Notes: generated by a model from the letters alone, not told the origin. DNA of 64,000 nt from an uncultured Clostridia bacterium (GCA_944393375.1 CALXZX010000001.1:6988-70987); one strand, 5' to 3'. Positions 28,894 through 39,420 are shown, counted from the first letter of the stretch. Program-made: numbers and translations.

Positions 28894-31887
28894 TTATATC
28901 TTATATTTTCTATATTTGATATATGTAAATATAGCAACAATACTTGTGATAACAATGCCAATCATTAATATATTTCCAAGTCCTGCATAAGGTAATTTTG
29001 AATTACTCGTAGAACTATTATTTTTTCCTGAATTATTAATTGTATTTGTCTGATAATCATCATTTATATTGTTATTATTAGTACTTTCATTATTGTTTGT
29101 ATTACCTGTGGTAGTATTGTCATTATCATTATTGCCTGTGTTAGTTGTATTATCTGTGCTTGTATTGTTATTTGTGTTAGTGTTAGTATTCGTGTTTGTA
29201 TTATTATTATCGTTATTGTCATTATCATCTTCTTCAATATCTATCACAAATTCTATAACTGTTCTATTTCCTGCTTCATCAGTTGCTGTTAATACATATG
29301 TACCATTTTCAGAAATTGTATCTCCATTTTGATAATTTTCTACAACATTTCCATTTCTTGTTAATATTACACTTGCTAAGTTTTCATCTTCTATTCTAGG
29401 TGTTACTTCAGTTCCATATGTCGTACCATCTCGTACTCCTGTAATGGTAGGTGGTGTTGTATCATCTGGATCTGGAGTCGGCTCTGGTATCACAATTTCT
29501 GTAATGGTAATAACTTTTACTGTTTTATTTCCTTGTTCATCTTCAGCATAAATTGTATATGTTCCATTCTCTGTAATCCTTGCAGCTGCTTCTGCAGCTT
29601 TATCCCATTTTATAAGTGTCAGAGCTGTTCCATTATTCTCAAAATATTCTATTGGTTGATTTCCATTAGCCATTTTTATCGTTGCAATTTGAGATTGTGT
29701 ATCTGTTACATTGATTGTTACTTTTATAGATTCATTTTCATTAATACTTTCATTTGTTGTTTGAATTGTTGGAGGTGTTGTATCATTAATTTCTGGTTCT
29801 TCTATAATCGTGGTTACTTCAAATACTTCTATTTTAGCATTTCCAGCTTCATCTTCGAAATATACTGTATAAGCTCCATTTTTCATAACATTAATAGAAG
29901 CTATTGTCATATTATCCTCTTTTTGAAGTGTTAATTCTTGACCACCATTTTCAAAATATTCTATGGCTTGTTCTCCTTGTGCTACTTTTACCATATGAAT
30001 ATCTGTAAATTTGTCTGAAAGTGTCATGGTTACTTCAACATTTTCATTATCTGTATTTTTTTGATTGATTATAATTTGAGGTGCTGTCTTATCAATAGTA
30101 AATCTTACTACTATTTCATTTCCAGCCTCATCTACTGCATTTAAAACATATTTGCCCTCATCTTCAATTGTGTCCCCATTTTGGTAACCTTCTACATCTA
30201 TTCCATCTTTTGTTAAATAAATTTCTGCCAAGTGTTCATCAACAATTGTTGGAGTAACAGAATGATTATATATACCATTATCTTCAAGGCCATTCACTTG
30301 TGGTGGAGTTGTATCTTCTTCAGTTGGTGGTGTTTCATCTATATTTGTAATTTCTATTGTTTTTATAGATTCATTATCATTTTCATCTCTCGCATATACC
30401 GTATAAGTTCCAGTAGCATTGATTGTAAATTCTGTATTGATAACAACTCCCACCTTATCTTGTCCAATTCGTATACCATTTGTTGCAAAATATGTTATGT
30501 TTTGCTCACCACTCGCCCATTTTACTTCATCAATAGTTGATTTATCCCCTTGAACAGTTACATCAATTTGTTTTGGGTTTTCTATATTTTGTGTAAGCAT
30601 AATGGTTGGTGGTTCATTTGGCTCTGGTTCTGGATCATTAATCCCTATAAGGTTTCTTGTATACATATAGGTATATCCTTGTTCGTCTTTAATAAATATG
30701 TTAATTGTGCAATTTTCTTGAACCGAATAATTCCCAATAACTTCCCTACCTGGTTCTATTGAAATGGTCTCTCCATTATTTTCAAAATAGTCTAAATCAA
30801 TATCGTTTCCTATGGCTACTTTCATTTCAACAATATCACATATGGTATTGGTTGCTGTTATTGTTAAATCTCCAGGAGAATTTTCATCTTGTTCAATTGT
30901 TATATTCATAATATTATCTTCTGTCGTAATCCTTTTTTGTGTCATAAGTCTATAACCAGCTTCATCTTCTATATAAAACACATATGTATCATCTTCTGGT
31001 GCTGTATAATTTATATTAACAGTTTGTCCTTCTGTAATTGGTAAACTTTCTATTGTTTCGAAATCATCAAAATCTGTTATTTCTGAACTTTTAGCTACTT
31101 TTACAGATATAATATTACAAATAGCATCTGTTATATTTAAACTAACTTCTCTTACATTTGTTCCATTTGTAATCTCCACTGAAATTGGTGTATTTTGTTC
31201 TGCCAAATAAATTTGACTAGTTGTTTTGTTTCCTTTACTATCTTCTGCATAAATGACATATAATCCTTCTTCTGTTATTTCTGTATATCTTATAGATACA
31301 TGATTACTCTCTATAAATTCTATATCGGTTCCTTCTATACTAAAATCAATCTTATCATTTATCTTTTCTTTTTTGGCAATCTTTAATTTTGTTATCATAT
31401 TTTGATTACTGGTTACATCAATATTTAAGATTAATGGATTTTCATCATCTTTTGTTAATGTTATTTGTGGCATATCATTAGGGTCATTTACTGTCAACCT
31501 TGCTAAAAATGCATACCCTTTTTCATTTTTAGCATAAACTGTATAACTTCCATAACCATCTAATTCAAATGTTTCTTCAATTCTTTGTGCTGGAGTTATA
31601 TCAAAAGTATAAATATCATCATGTTCTTCCTCGAAATAAGAAGCATTATCTGTATCTATATATTGGTGCACATATTTTAAAGTCGTAATGTTACACTCTG
31701 TATCTGTTGCTGTTATATGAACAGTATTTCCATCTCTTTCTAATACTATATTAAGTGGAAAATCAGCTTCTTCAGAAATTAATGATGTTCCACTGTCTAC
31801 TGCTTTTGATATAACTGGTAGACTAATTGGCAAAATCATAATTACAATTACTAAAATTACTAGAATTCTTTTTAATTTATCATTCAT
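28894..31887 (-). CDS. Large (997 aa) cell-surface repeat protein (Ig-like repeats) with Asn/Thr-rich stalk and LPYAG sorting-signal-like C-terminus
   Basis: Signal peptide; >6 degenerate ~90-aa repeats with G(T/A)YT(V/I)YA.DE.GN cores; TNTNTN low-complexity stalk; C-terminal LPYAG + hydrophobic + KYRKYKI. Confidence 0.7.
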   Translation of the reverse strand: MNDKLKRILVILVIVIMILPISLPVISKAVDSGTSLISEEADFPLNIVLERDGNTVHITATDTECNITTLKYVHQYIDTDNASYFEEEHDDIYTFDITPAQRIEETFELDGYGSYTVYAKNEKGYAFLARLTVNDPNDMPQITLTKDDENPLILNIDVTSNQNMITKLKIAKKEKINDKIDFSIEGTDIEFIESNHVSIRYTEITEEGLYVIYAEDSKGNKTTSQIYLAEQNTPISVEITNGTNVREVSLNITDAICNIISVKVAKSSEITDFDDFETIESLPITEGQTVNINYTAPEDDTYVFYIEDEAGYRLMTQKRITTEDNIMNITIEQDENSPGDLTITATNTICDIVEMKVAIGNDIDLDYFENNGETISIEPGREVIGNYSVQENCTINIFIKDEQGYTYMYTRNLIGINDPEPEPNEPPTIMLTQNIENPKQIDVTVQGDKSTIDEVKWASGEQNITYFATNGIRIGQDKVGVVINTEFTINATGTYTVYARDENDNESIKTIEITNIDETPPTEEDTTPPQVNGLEDNGIYNHSVTPTIVDEHLAEIYLTKDGIDVEGYQNGDTIEDEGKYVLNAVDEAGNEIVVRFTIDKTAPQIIINQKNTDNENVEVTMTLSDKFTDIHMVKVAQGEQAIEYFENGGQELTLQKEDNMTIASINVMKNGAYTVYFEDEAGNAKIEVFEVTTIIEEPEINDTTPPTIQTTNESINENESIKVTINVTDTQSQIATIKMANGNQPIEYFENNGTALTLIKWDKAAEAAARITENGTYTIYAEDEQGNKTVKVITITEIVIPEPTPDPDDTTPPTITGVRDGTTYGTEVTPRIEDENLASVILTRNGNVVENYQNGDTISENGTYVLTATDEAGNRTVIEFVIDIEEDDNDNNDNNNTNTNTNTNTNNNTSTDNTTNTGNNDNDNTTTGNTNNNESTNNNNINDDYQTNTINNSGKNNSSTSNSKLPYAGLGNILMIGIVITSIVAIFTYIKYRKYKI

Positions 31888-31951
31888 TTTGATTCCTCCT
31901 CTTAAGAATACATTTTTATATCTATAATTTTTTACATATCATATCAAGAAT

Positions 31952-31983
31952 ATTATACCATTGCAAAGGTATTTTCGCAATGG
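31952..31983 (-). promoter_or_regulatory. Promoter (TTGCGA-17-TGgTATAAT) spanned by palindrome ccattgc-N12-gcaatgg upstream of large surface protein gene
   Basis: Seen directly; palindrome arms overlap -35 and -10. Confidence 0.4.
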
Positions 31984-32058
31984 TGATTTATATTTCTTTT
32001 GTAAATTTTATGACAATAAAAAAAGAACTTCTATTTTTTAGAAATTCTTTTATCTTTT

Positions 32059-32955
32059 TTATTCTGATTCACCTTTAATATCAGCTTCTACTTCTTCATT
32101 ATTTTTATTATTTTTGTCATGTACTTTCAAATAATATGGCTGTATATCAAGCAAACTATCCATATATACAATATTTCCATTTTTGTCATTTATTTTTAGG
32201 TTTGGGAATGTTCTTATCATTTTTTTATCTCCCCAAAATTGATAAATAAATTTTGATAATTTCTCGTTCCCATAGATTTTATCATATTGTTCTATGACTA
32301 GTTCTTTGTTTGCAACATCAATATCATTTTGAACAATCATCCTTACTAAAAAAAATTCAATTGCAAAACCAGTAGATACACAATCTATCATCAGTAAGAT
32401 AAATACTGTCATAACAAATGTTTTTAAGCCTTTATAGGTTTTAAATTTGCTTTTTATCCAATTAATAACTCTGTCGACTCTTGGATTTAAAGAGGCAATC
32501 AAATAGATTCCTAAAAATCCCCAAAAAACTGAAAAATACACACAAATCCTTCCATTAACATTTAGTGGCATATTCGAATAATCCCACCATTTTACACCTA
32601 ATAGCATTTCTCCAACAAAACTTACTACATATTCTACAATAGAACCAACAATAAATCCACCTATAAAAAGTGTATTAAACTTTCTGGGAAATTTGTGTAA
32701 ACAAACAATCATGATGACAGCACCTAAACCATAAATTCCACAAAACGGTCCATATAAGAAACTTTGTCTACTTTCCCATACCCCTTTTGTTATCATCCCA
32801 TATATGGTTTCTATGATATATCCTAATACACTATAAATAATAAAATATGCTAAAATTCTCCATATACTAATTCCATTAATTGTTCTTTTTTTCTTTACAT
32901 TTGGTTGATTTTGAGTTTCATTATTTTCTTCCTTTTTTATTTCTTCCTTTTTCAT
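32059..32955 (-). CDS. Polytopic membrane protein, paralog 1 of a three-member family (resembles PF06541/DUF1113 'putative ABC-transporter type IV' family)
   Basis: Shared motifs E(T/M)IYG...SRQ.FL(Y/F)GPF...YG.G and WWDYSN..LN.NGR with 35993-36646 and 36942-37490. Confidence 0.5.
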   Translation of the reverse strand: MKKEEIKKEENNETQNQPNVKKKRTINGISIWRILAYFIIYSVLGYIIETIYGMITKGVWESRQSFLYGPFCGIYGLGAVIMIVCLHKFPRKFNTLFIGGFIVGSIVEYVVSFVGEMLLGVKWWDYSNMPLNVNGRICVYFSVFWGFLGIYLIASLNPRVDRVINWIKSKFKTYKGLKTFVMTVFILLMIDCVSTGFAIEFFLVRMIVQNDIDVANKELVIEQYDKIYGNEKLSKFIYQFWGDKKMIRTFPNLKINDKNGNIVYMDSLLDIQPYYLKVHDKNNKNNEEVEADIKGESE

Positions 32956-32974
32956 ATATTGCTAAAAACCCTTT

Positions 32975-34750
32975 CTATACTAAACTTTTCAATTCTTTCA
33001 TTTTATTTTTATAAAATTGAACAATCACTTCATAAGTACGTATATCTTCTAAATCAACATCTATCATTTTTAAAAGATCTATTGATTTCTTACTACATCC
33101 TTGACTTAGCATATCAATATATCTTTCTACATATCCTTCTTCTTTATTCAAAATTTTTGTTGCAATACAAATAGCCGCTGATATTCCTGTTGCATATTTA
33201 TATACATAAAAATCTCTATAAAAATGAGGGATTCTAGCCCAACCATATTTGCTATTATCTTCTAAAACAACAGATTCCCCCATATATTTTTGATTTAAAG
33301 TGTAATAAATGGTATTTAAATCTTCAGAAGACATCATATTTCCATTTTCTATCTTTTCATGAACTTCTTTCTCAAATTCAGCAAACATAGCCTGTGTATA
33401 GAAAGTTGCTCTTATTAATTCTAATAACTCATATATAATTTCTGCTTTTTTCTTTTTATCTGTTTCATTCTTAAGTTGATATTCTGTTAGTAAAATTTCA
33501 TTAACTGTTGATGCTACTTCAGCCACCATAATAGTATAATCTGCATCAAAAATATTTTGATTCTTATTTGAATAATATGCATGCATACTATGTCCTAATT
33601 CATGAGCAATCGTTCTGACATCGTATTCGTCACCAACATAATTCATCAAAATAAATGGATGTGGAGCATAAATGCCCATATTATAGCCACCTTTTTGTTT
33701 ATTTGGTTTTTCATACACATCTATCCAATGATTTTCAAAAGCATGTTCTAGCATATTTCCATATTCTTTTCCTAATATAGCTAATGCATCTTTTACAATC
33801 TTTTTAGCTTCTTCATATGGTATTTTGTCTCCATTTTTTGTGAATGGATTTACATAAATATCATACATATGCATATCTTCTAGTTGTAATAACTTCTTCT
33901 TTAATGCCATATATTCATGATTTGCTTTTATTCCTTTATGAACACCTTCCATTAATGTATCATATACTTTTATACTAGCTTCATCATTGTCTGTTACTTC
34001 ATCTAATGAAGATTTGTAATTTCTTAGTTTTGCAGTAATTACTGTTTGTTTCACATTTGTTAGATACATTTCTGTGATGGTATTGATAAATTCACTATAC
34101 TTTTTTAACATTAAATCATATGCTTGTTTTCTTACATTTTGATTTTTACTTCTGATATATACAGAATATGTGGCATCTGTTAATTCTACTTCTTTTCCTT
34201 CTTCATCTATGAATGTTCCAAACTTGAATTCTGCATTTGTTAACATATCATATATATTTTTAGGCGCATAAAGAATTTCTGAATAGTTGGCCAATAAATT
34301 TTCTTCTTCTTTACTTAATATATGTTTCTTTTTTTCTAAAATATTTTGAATATCTCTTTTATATGGTTCTAATCTTATATCTTCCTTTAAATAGTTATTA
34401 ATGACGTTTTCATCTGTAAATGTGATTTCAGGTGTTATATATGCAGTTGCTGTGCTAAATTCTGAATTTAAATTTTCTACCTCTTTAAATAACTTGATTC
34501 TTTCTTGGTCTGCCATGTTTAAATGATAGTTTAACATTCCATAAGCATATACTTGTTCAAACTTTATTAATGTTGTTTCATATAAGTGATAACATTGATA
34601 TAAATTTTCTGAATTATCACACAATATACCTTTATAACTTTCTATTTGTTTTAATTTATCTCTTACATTTTTCATTTCATCATAAAATTCTTCTTTATTT
34701 TTAAATAAATCTGTTAAATCCCAACTGTATTTATCTTGTAGTTTTTCCAT
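32975..34750 (-). CDS. pepF: Oligoendopeptidase F (M3B family)
   Basis: HELGHSMH zinc motif; strong RBS gaaggagg before MEKLQDKYSWDL (track ORF extends to 34804). Confidence 0.85.
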   Translation of the reverse strand: MEKLQDKYSWDLTDLFKNKEEFYDEMKNVRDKLKQIESYKGILCDNSENLYQCYHLYETTLIKFEQVYAYGMLNYHLNMADQERIKLFKEVENLNSEFSTATAYITPEITFTDENVINNYLKEDIRLEPYKRDIQNILEKKKHILSKEEENLLANYSEILYAPKNIYDMLTNAEFKFGTFIDEEGKEVELTDATYSVYIRSKNQNVRKQAYDLMLKKYSEFINTITEMYLTNVKQTVITAKLRNYKSSLDEVTDNDEASIKVYDTLMEGVHKGIKANHEYMALKKKLLQLEDMHMYDIYVNPFTKNGDKIPYEEAKKIVKDALAILGKEYGNMLEHAFENHWIDVYEKPNKQKGGYNMGIYAPHPFILMNYVGDEYDVRTIAHELGHSMHAYYSNKNQNIFDADYTIMVAEVASTVNEILLTEYQLKNETDKKKKAEIIYELLELIRATFYTQAMFAEFEKEVHEKIENGNMMSSEDLNTIYYTLNQKYMGESVVLEDNSKYGWARIPHFYRDFYVYKYATGISAAICIATKILNKEEGYVERYIDMLSQGCSKKSIDLLKMIDVDLEDIRTYEVIVQFYKNKMKELKSLV

Positions 34751-34877
34751 GTTCTTATCCTCCTTCTTTCCTATTCTACCATACCTGAATTTTATATACA
34801 ACAAAAAACACCTTTATTAGTATATAAATTTCTGTAGTAGATTATACAAATAAAAGTGTTTTTACATAACATATTCA

Positions 34878-35183
34878 TTAATAAACAGGGATTTTTATCT
34901 CCATTCCTTCAGATAAATTACTAGTTGTCATATGATTAATTTCTTTTAATTCTAATATAACATTTTGGATATCCTGATTTTGAAAATATACATTTTCTTG
35001 TATTTCCTTTTCTGCAATCTCCCATAATGTTTCTCCTTTTACAACATATTCCGTTTTATATTTTGTTTCACTATTGGAATATGTCTTATGGCTTGCAATA
35101 CATATGATAGCAATCACTATACATGTCAAAATCGTGATTGTTCTTATAAATTTATATTTATTAATAATTTTTATATGTTTCAT
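34878..35183 (-). CDS. Small membrane-anchored LysM-domain protein
   Basis: TM then YVVKGETLWEIAEK LysM signature. Confidence 0.6.
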   Translation of the reverse strand: MKHIKIINKYKFIRTITILTCIVIAIICIASHKTYSNSETKYKTEYVVKGETLWEIAEKEIQENVYFQNQDIQNVILELKEINHMTTSNLSEGMEIKIPVY

Positions 35184-35277
35184 AACAGTCCTCCTTTAAG
35201 AATATATGTTCGGTATATTTGTATTATATACGAACATTTATTCTTTGTCAATACCTGTTACAAAAAAATGTTTGTTT

Positions 35278-35856
35278 TTAAATTAGTATGGGGCTGATTT
35301 GTTCTCCTTCTAGGGCATATTCTATTGTTTTTATGATATATTCTGCATCAAATACAATTGACCTTGGTTTTGTTATGGGATTATCTTGTCTAAACGGCAC
35401 AAAATAATAATTTTTTCTATTTAATAATTTTCCTATGTTTTCAGCATTACCACTTAATCCGTTATTAGTAGATGGTGCAATGACTAGTGGTCGATTATTT
35501 CTCAGATGTGATTTTGCAGCCATAGTGGCAGGTGTATCTATAATATCACAGGCTAATTTTGACATTGTATTTCCAGAACAAGGTGCAATAATCATTACAT
35601 CTGTCATTTTTTTAGGGCCAATTGGTTCTGCATCTACAATTGTATGAATAATTTTCTTTCCTGTCATTTCTTCTATTTCATTAATAAAATCTTCTGCTTT
35701 TCCAAATTTTGTATCTAATTGATAACTATTAAAAGACATGATAGGTACAATTTCTGCTTCTTTTTTTATTAATTCTTTCATTTTCGGTAACACTTTTCGA
35801 AATGTACAAAACGAACCTGTTAATACAAATCCTATTTTTTTTCCCTTTACTTCCAA
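35278..35856 (-). CDS. dpaB: Dipicolinate synthase subunit B-like flavoprotein (SpoVFB/DpaB; HFCD family)
   Basis: KKIGFVLTGSFCTF...AEPIGPKKM...IAPCSGNTMSKLA...MAAKSHLRNNRPLVIAPSTNNGL...YFVPFRQDNP closely parallels SpoVFB throughout. Confidence 0.65.
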   Translation of the reverse strand: MEVKGKKIGFVLTGSFCTFRKVLPKMKELIKKEAEIVPIMSFNSYQLDTKFGKAEDFINEIEEMTGKKIIHTIVDAEPIGPKKMTDVMIIAPCSGNTMSKLACDIIDTPATMAAKSHLRNNRPLVIAPSTNNGLSGNAENIGKLLNRKNYYFVPFRQDNPITKPRSIVFDAEYIIKTIEYALEGEQISPILI

Positions 35857-35992
35857 ATAAACTCCTCCTTTCCTTTTACCTCTTATATAATATGATTTTA
35901 TGTAAATAATGCTTTCTATTTTTCATAATATCTATAAAGAAAAATAGAACAGTACATATATACTGCTCTATACTCATAAATATTGATTCTTT

Positions 35993-36646
35993 TTAATTCT
36001 TCACTTCTATTTTATTTTCATAAATTACGTTCATCACCTCATCTGAATAATATTTATCAAAAAATACATCTATATTATTTGTTGCTGCAATTTCACGATT
36101 TCTTTCATCTTGTCTAATGGCTGCCATTGAAGATACAGATATATTAAATAGCATAAATATAGCAAATAAAGCGGTTATGGTTCTAAAATATTGATTTTTT
36201 ATAATCTTATCAATATGATTGATTAGTGGCATAACATATTTCATAAACAATATTCCTCCTATTCCCCAATACGTACAATGTAACAAACTTGTCCTTCCAT
36301 TTATATTAAACCATAAATTCGAATAATCCCATGATATGGTTCCAAATAAAAGCTCTTGAAAATAAGAACATAAGTATTCTACAACTCCTCCTAATACCAT
36401 TGTTACCAAAAAGATTTTTAGATATCCTCCCTTTATTTTAGGAACAACAAAATAGTAAGCTAATATTCCTAATCCATATACTTGTGCAAATGGCCCAAAT
36501 AATAACCCTTGTCTTGATACAAAATGACCATTTTGAACCAATCCTACAATCATTTCCACTACATATCCAATTAAACTTCCTATAATAAACACCCAAAATA
36601 CTTTAATACATTGATTTACCCATTTTTCTTTTTTCATTTGCTTCAC
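35993..36646 (-). CDS. Polytopic membrane protein, paralog 2 (PF06541-like)
   Basis: Family motifs as above. Confidence 0.5.
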   Translation of the reverse strand: MKQMKKEKWVNQCIKVFWVFIIGSLIGYVVEMIVGLVQNGHFVSRQGLLFGPFAQVYGLGILAYYFVVPKIKGGYLKIFLVTMVLGGVVEYLCSYFQELLFGTISWDYSNLWFNINGRTSLLHCTYWGIGGILFMKYVMPLINHIDKIIKNQYFRTITALFAIFMLFNISVSSMAAIRQDERNREIAATNNIDVFFDKYYSDEVMNVIYENKIEVKN

Positions 36647-36941
36647 CCCTTATATTATTATTTTATAAAATCTTTTGTTCTACTCAAATTGCTTTGCCTT
36701 ACATTTCTATTACATTTTTGTAATTTTACTATATCATGCAAATCTTAATAATACTTTTAGAGATTCTTAAATTTACTTAAATACTTTCTTAAGAAAAATT
36801 AAGAAAACATCTGATTTTTTTGGCTATTTCACAAAAATAAAAAATAGTTACATATATTTTTACATAATATATATAACTATTTTTTGTAGATTTATAAAAA
36901 TTTATATATTGATAATTAAAATATTCAAAAAGAAATGTCCA

Positions 36942-37490
36942 TCAATTTAAATATTTTAATACTGAAAATATTGTATCTAATAGTAATATTCCAATCAGTA
37001 TAAAACAGATGATTTTTTGAAGATTATTTGCATTTCCTTTTGTTAGTTTTTGTATTTTATCTTGTATATATGGATGTAATTTTTCTAACAAAATTAGTCC
37101 AATAACACCCCAAAATATAGAATATAATAAACTAACTCTCCCTTGAATATTTAGGAAATCATTTGAATAGTCCCACCATCTTAGACCAAATAGCATTTCT
37201 AATATAAAAGAAACCATATATTCAAACAATGTAAAAGCAATTGTTGCAATCAAAAACTTTAAAAATGGCTTTTTATATAATTTTTTTGTCGCCATTAATA
37301 ATAAGACTGCCCCAAAACCATATATTGGACAAATCGGTCCAAATAGAAATCCTCTTTTTACAAAATAACCATGTACAAACATAGCATAAATGGTTTCTAT
37401 TAACCAGCCTAAAAATGAATAAACAAAAAAATAAATGATATATTCGATTATTTTATCTTTTGTACTTTTGGCTTTAACTACATTTTCCAT
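36942..37490 (-). CDS. Polytopic membrane protein, paralog 3 (PF06541-like)
   Basis: Family motifs as above. Confidence 0.5.
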   Translation of the reverse strand: MENVVKAKSTKDKIIEYIIYFFVYSFLGWLIETIYAMFVHGYFVKRGFLFGPICPIYGFGAVLLLMATKKLYKKPFLKFLIATIAFTLFEYMVSFILEMLFGLRWWDYSNDFLNIQGRVSLLYSIFWGVIGLILLEKLHPYIQDKIQKLTKGNANNLQKIICFILIGILLLDTIFSVLKYLN

Positions 37491-37511
37491 AAAATTCCCC
37501 TTTTTCCCTTT

Positions 37512-38243
37512 CTATTTTATGTCATCTTGTATTGATTTTAATGCTTCTTGTGTCACTTTGCTTTTATCAAACTTGTTGATAACAAATACAACCACACCAA
37601 CTAATAAAAATGTAATGGCATATATGACTAAACTTGATTTCCAATCACCTTTCATTAATGTATTTCCTGCAAATGTTGATGAAACAACTGAAGGTAATCT
37701 AGCAAATGTAGATATTAATATAAATCTTAACGGTTTTATTGGCAATAGCCCTGCAATATATACCAATAAATCTTTAGGTGTTCCTGGTATCATAAATAAT
37801 ATAATCATTATCCATTCAATTTTCTTTGGGTTTTTAAATATTTTACTATTTTCAATTTTCTTTACTTTTTCTTCATTATAAAAATCATATACAAATTTTC
37901 TTCCTAATTTCCTTACTAAGAAAAAGATTCCTGTTGTAATAATACATACAGATATGGTAATAAATAGTAATCCACCCCATCCACCATAGCACATACCTGC
38001 TAATATTTCTATTGGTTCTCCTGGCAATATGAATAAGAATATTTGTGCTACTTGAAGCCCAAACAGCATTAATAATCCAATCATTCCTGAATCATTTACT
38101 TTATTTTTAAAAGCTTCTTGTCCTTCCACTGTACTTAAATTTTTCATAACCGGTATTAAATAGGCTAATACAGCTATAATAATTGCTATTGCAATCACTG
38201 CTAATATGATTCTAAATATTTTTATCTTGGTTTTTCTACTCAT
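37512..38243 (-). CDS. TVP38/TMEM64 (DedA-related) family membrane protein
   Basis: 243 aa; LFILPGEPIEILAGM core. Confidence 0.65.
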   Translation of the reverse strand: MSRKTKIKIFRIILAVIAIAIIIAVLAYLIPVMKNLSTVEGQEAFKNKVNDSGMIGLLMLFGLQVAQIFLFILPGEPIEILAGMCYGGWGGLLFITISVCIITTGIFFLVRKLGRKFVYDFYNEEKVKKIENSKIFKNPKKIEWIMIILFMIPGTPKDLLVYIAGLLPIKPLRFILISTFARLPSVVSSTFAGNTLMKGDWKSSLVIYAITFLLVGVVVFVINKFDKSKVTQEALKSIQDDIK

Positions 38244-38472
38244 CTTTATCCTTTCTGTTTATGTAAAAATAAACCATACCATATATATTATACCACATTT
38301 TTCCTAAAATGTATGCATTTTCCTATATTTTTGTCTTACATTTTTGTCACACTTAGTATATCAAGTATTTATTAAGTATTTTTTTACGAAATATTAAAAT
38401 TTTCTTAATATCTTTTTCATAATAGTAAAACACATCTCAAATTTAATCTAAGATGTGTTTTATTTCAATTTT

Positions 38473-39420
38473 TTACCTGCTGTCATGTACTTTGGGTTCA
38501 TTTTTTAATACATTTTCTTTCATTACTTGATTAATAATGTTTATGTCACTTGCAATATCATGGTGCCCATTTGGTATTTTAGTTTTTGAAATTTTAATTT
38601 CATTTTTATCACATATTTCTTCAATGTATTTTGATGATTTTTCATCAACCATTCCATCTGATATTTTTCCTTTAAAAATTGTTTTACTAGATAAATATAG
38701 CATAATTGCATTTATATTTCTTGTTTCTAAAGCCCTTGTTAACGTTTTTTCCGAACAATTGGTAGTAATATTTGTGAAATTAACTTGTTTTAATCTTGCC
38801 AATGTTTCTTCATTAAACATACTTGCTAAAAAATTTCTATCATATCTATTTAAATGTTTAGTTGGTACTCCCTTTTTATCTACAATAGATATATCATAAT
38901 CCATATGAGATTGACTAAATACATTCCAATGTATTGTTTTCAAAGCTTTTAATAGATTATTAGATTGATTTTCTTTTTTGGTTTTTGGCCTAATTTTCTG
39001 TAAACTCGGTATTAGTCTTTTTAATAAACTATCTGATATACTCCCTACAAGTTCATCAAGTTTTTTATATAATAATCTTGGAGATGCAAAAATAGTACCC
39101 AAAAATGGTGCCTGATATGCTATTACATTTAACTTATTTAAATTAGAATCTCGTAAATATTTTAAAGTTGCTGTAACTATGCAACCACCTTTAGAAACGC
39201 CTAAAATATGTATTTTTTTGCAATTTTTTTCTTCTTTTAATTTATTGATGTGTTTAGCCAATAATTTTGCTTCTTCCTCATGTGGTCCATCTTTATCTAC
39301 TAAAATCGTTTCACATTTAATTCGTTTGTTACTTTCATCTAATATTGGCAAAAAATTACTGATTCCCCATCCTGTTGTTTCTCCTGCTTTTCCATCTATA
39401 GAATAATTTTCTCGTCTCAT
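38473..39420 (-). CDS. Alpha/beta-hydrolase-fold protein (lipase/esterase-like, GxSxG = GVSKGG)
   Basis: 315 aa; ILGVSKGG nucleophile elbow. Confidence 0.45.
   Translation of the reverse strand: MRRENYSIDGKAGETTGWGISNFLPILDESNKRIKCETILVDKDGPHEEEAKLLAKHINKLKEEKNCKKIHILGVSKGGCIVTATLKYLRDSNLNKLNVIAYQAPFLGTIFASPRLLYKKLDELVGSISDSLLKRLIPSLQKIRPKTKKENQSNNLLKALKTIHWNVFSQSHMDYDISIVDKKGVPTKHLNRYDRNFLASMFNEETLARLKQVNFTNITTNCSEKTLTRALETRNINAIMLYLSSKTIFKGKISDGMVDEKSSKYIEEICDKNEIKISKTKIPNGHHDIASDINIINQVMKENVLKNEPKVHDSR

Noticed and set aside
29100-29230. Short tandem DNA repeats (gtgttagt/attgttatt units) that superficially resemble a repeat array
   Set aside because: Coding low-complexity Asn/Thr stalk of the surface protein; no spacer-repeat periodicity, so not CRISPR.
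29069-30762. Plus-strand ORFs 29069-29332, 29533-29934, 30232-30540, 30550-30762
   Set aside because: Antisense to the 997-aa surface protein gene. They derive from its low-complexity/repeat DNA (the LLLVL run mirrors the TNTNTN stalk).
36837-36887. AT-only inverted repeat aaaaatagttacatatat...atatataactattttt between two membrane-protein paralogs
   Set aside because: Stem is entirely A/T and probably too weak to matter; likely a weak terminator or chance palindrome in AT-rich DNA.
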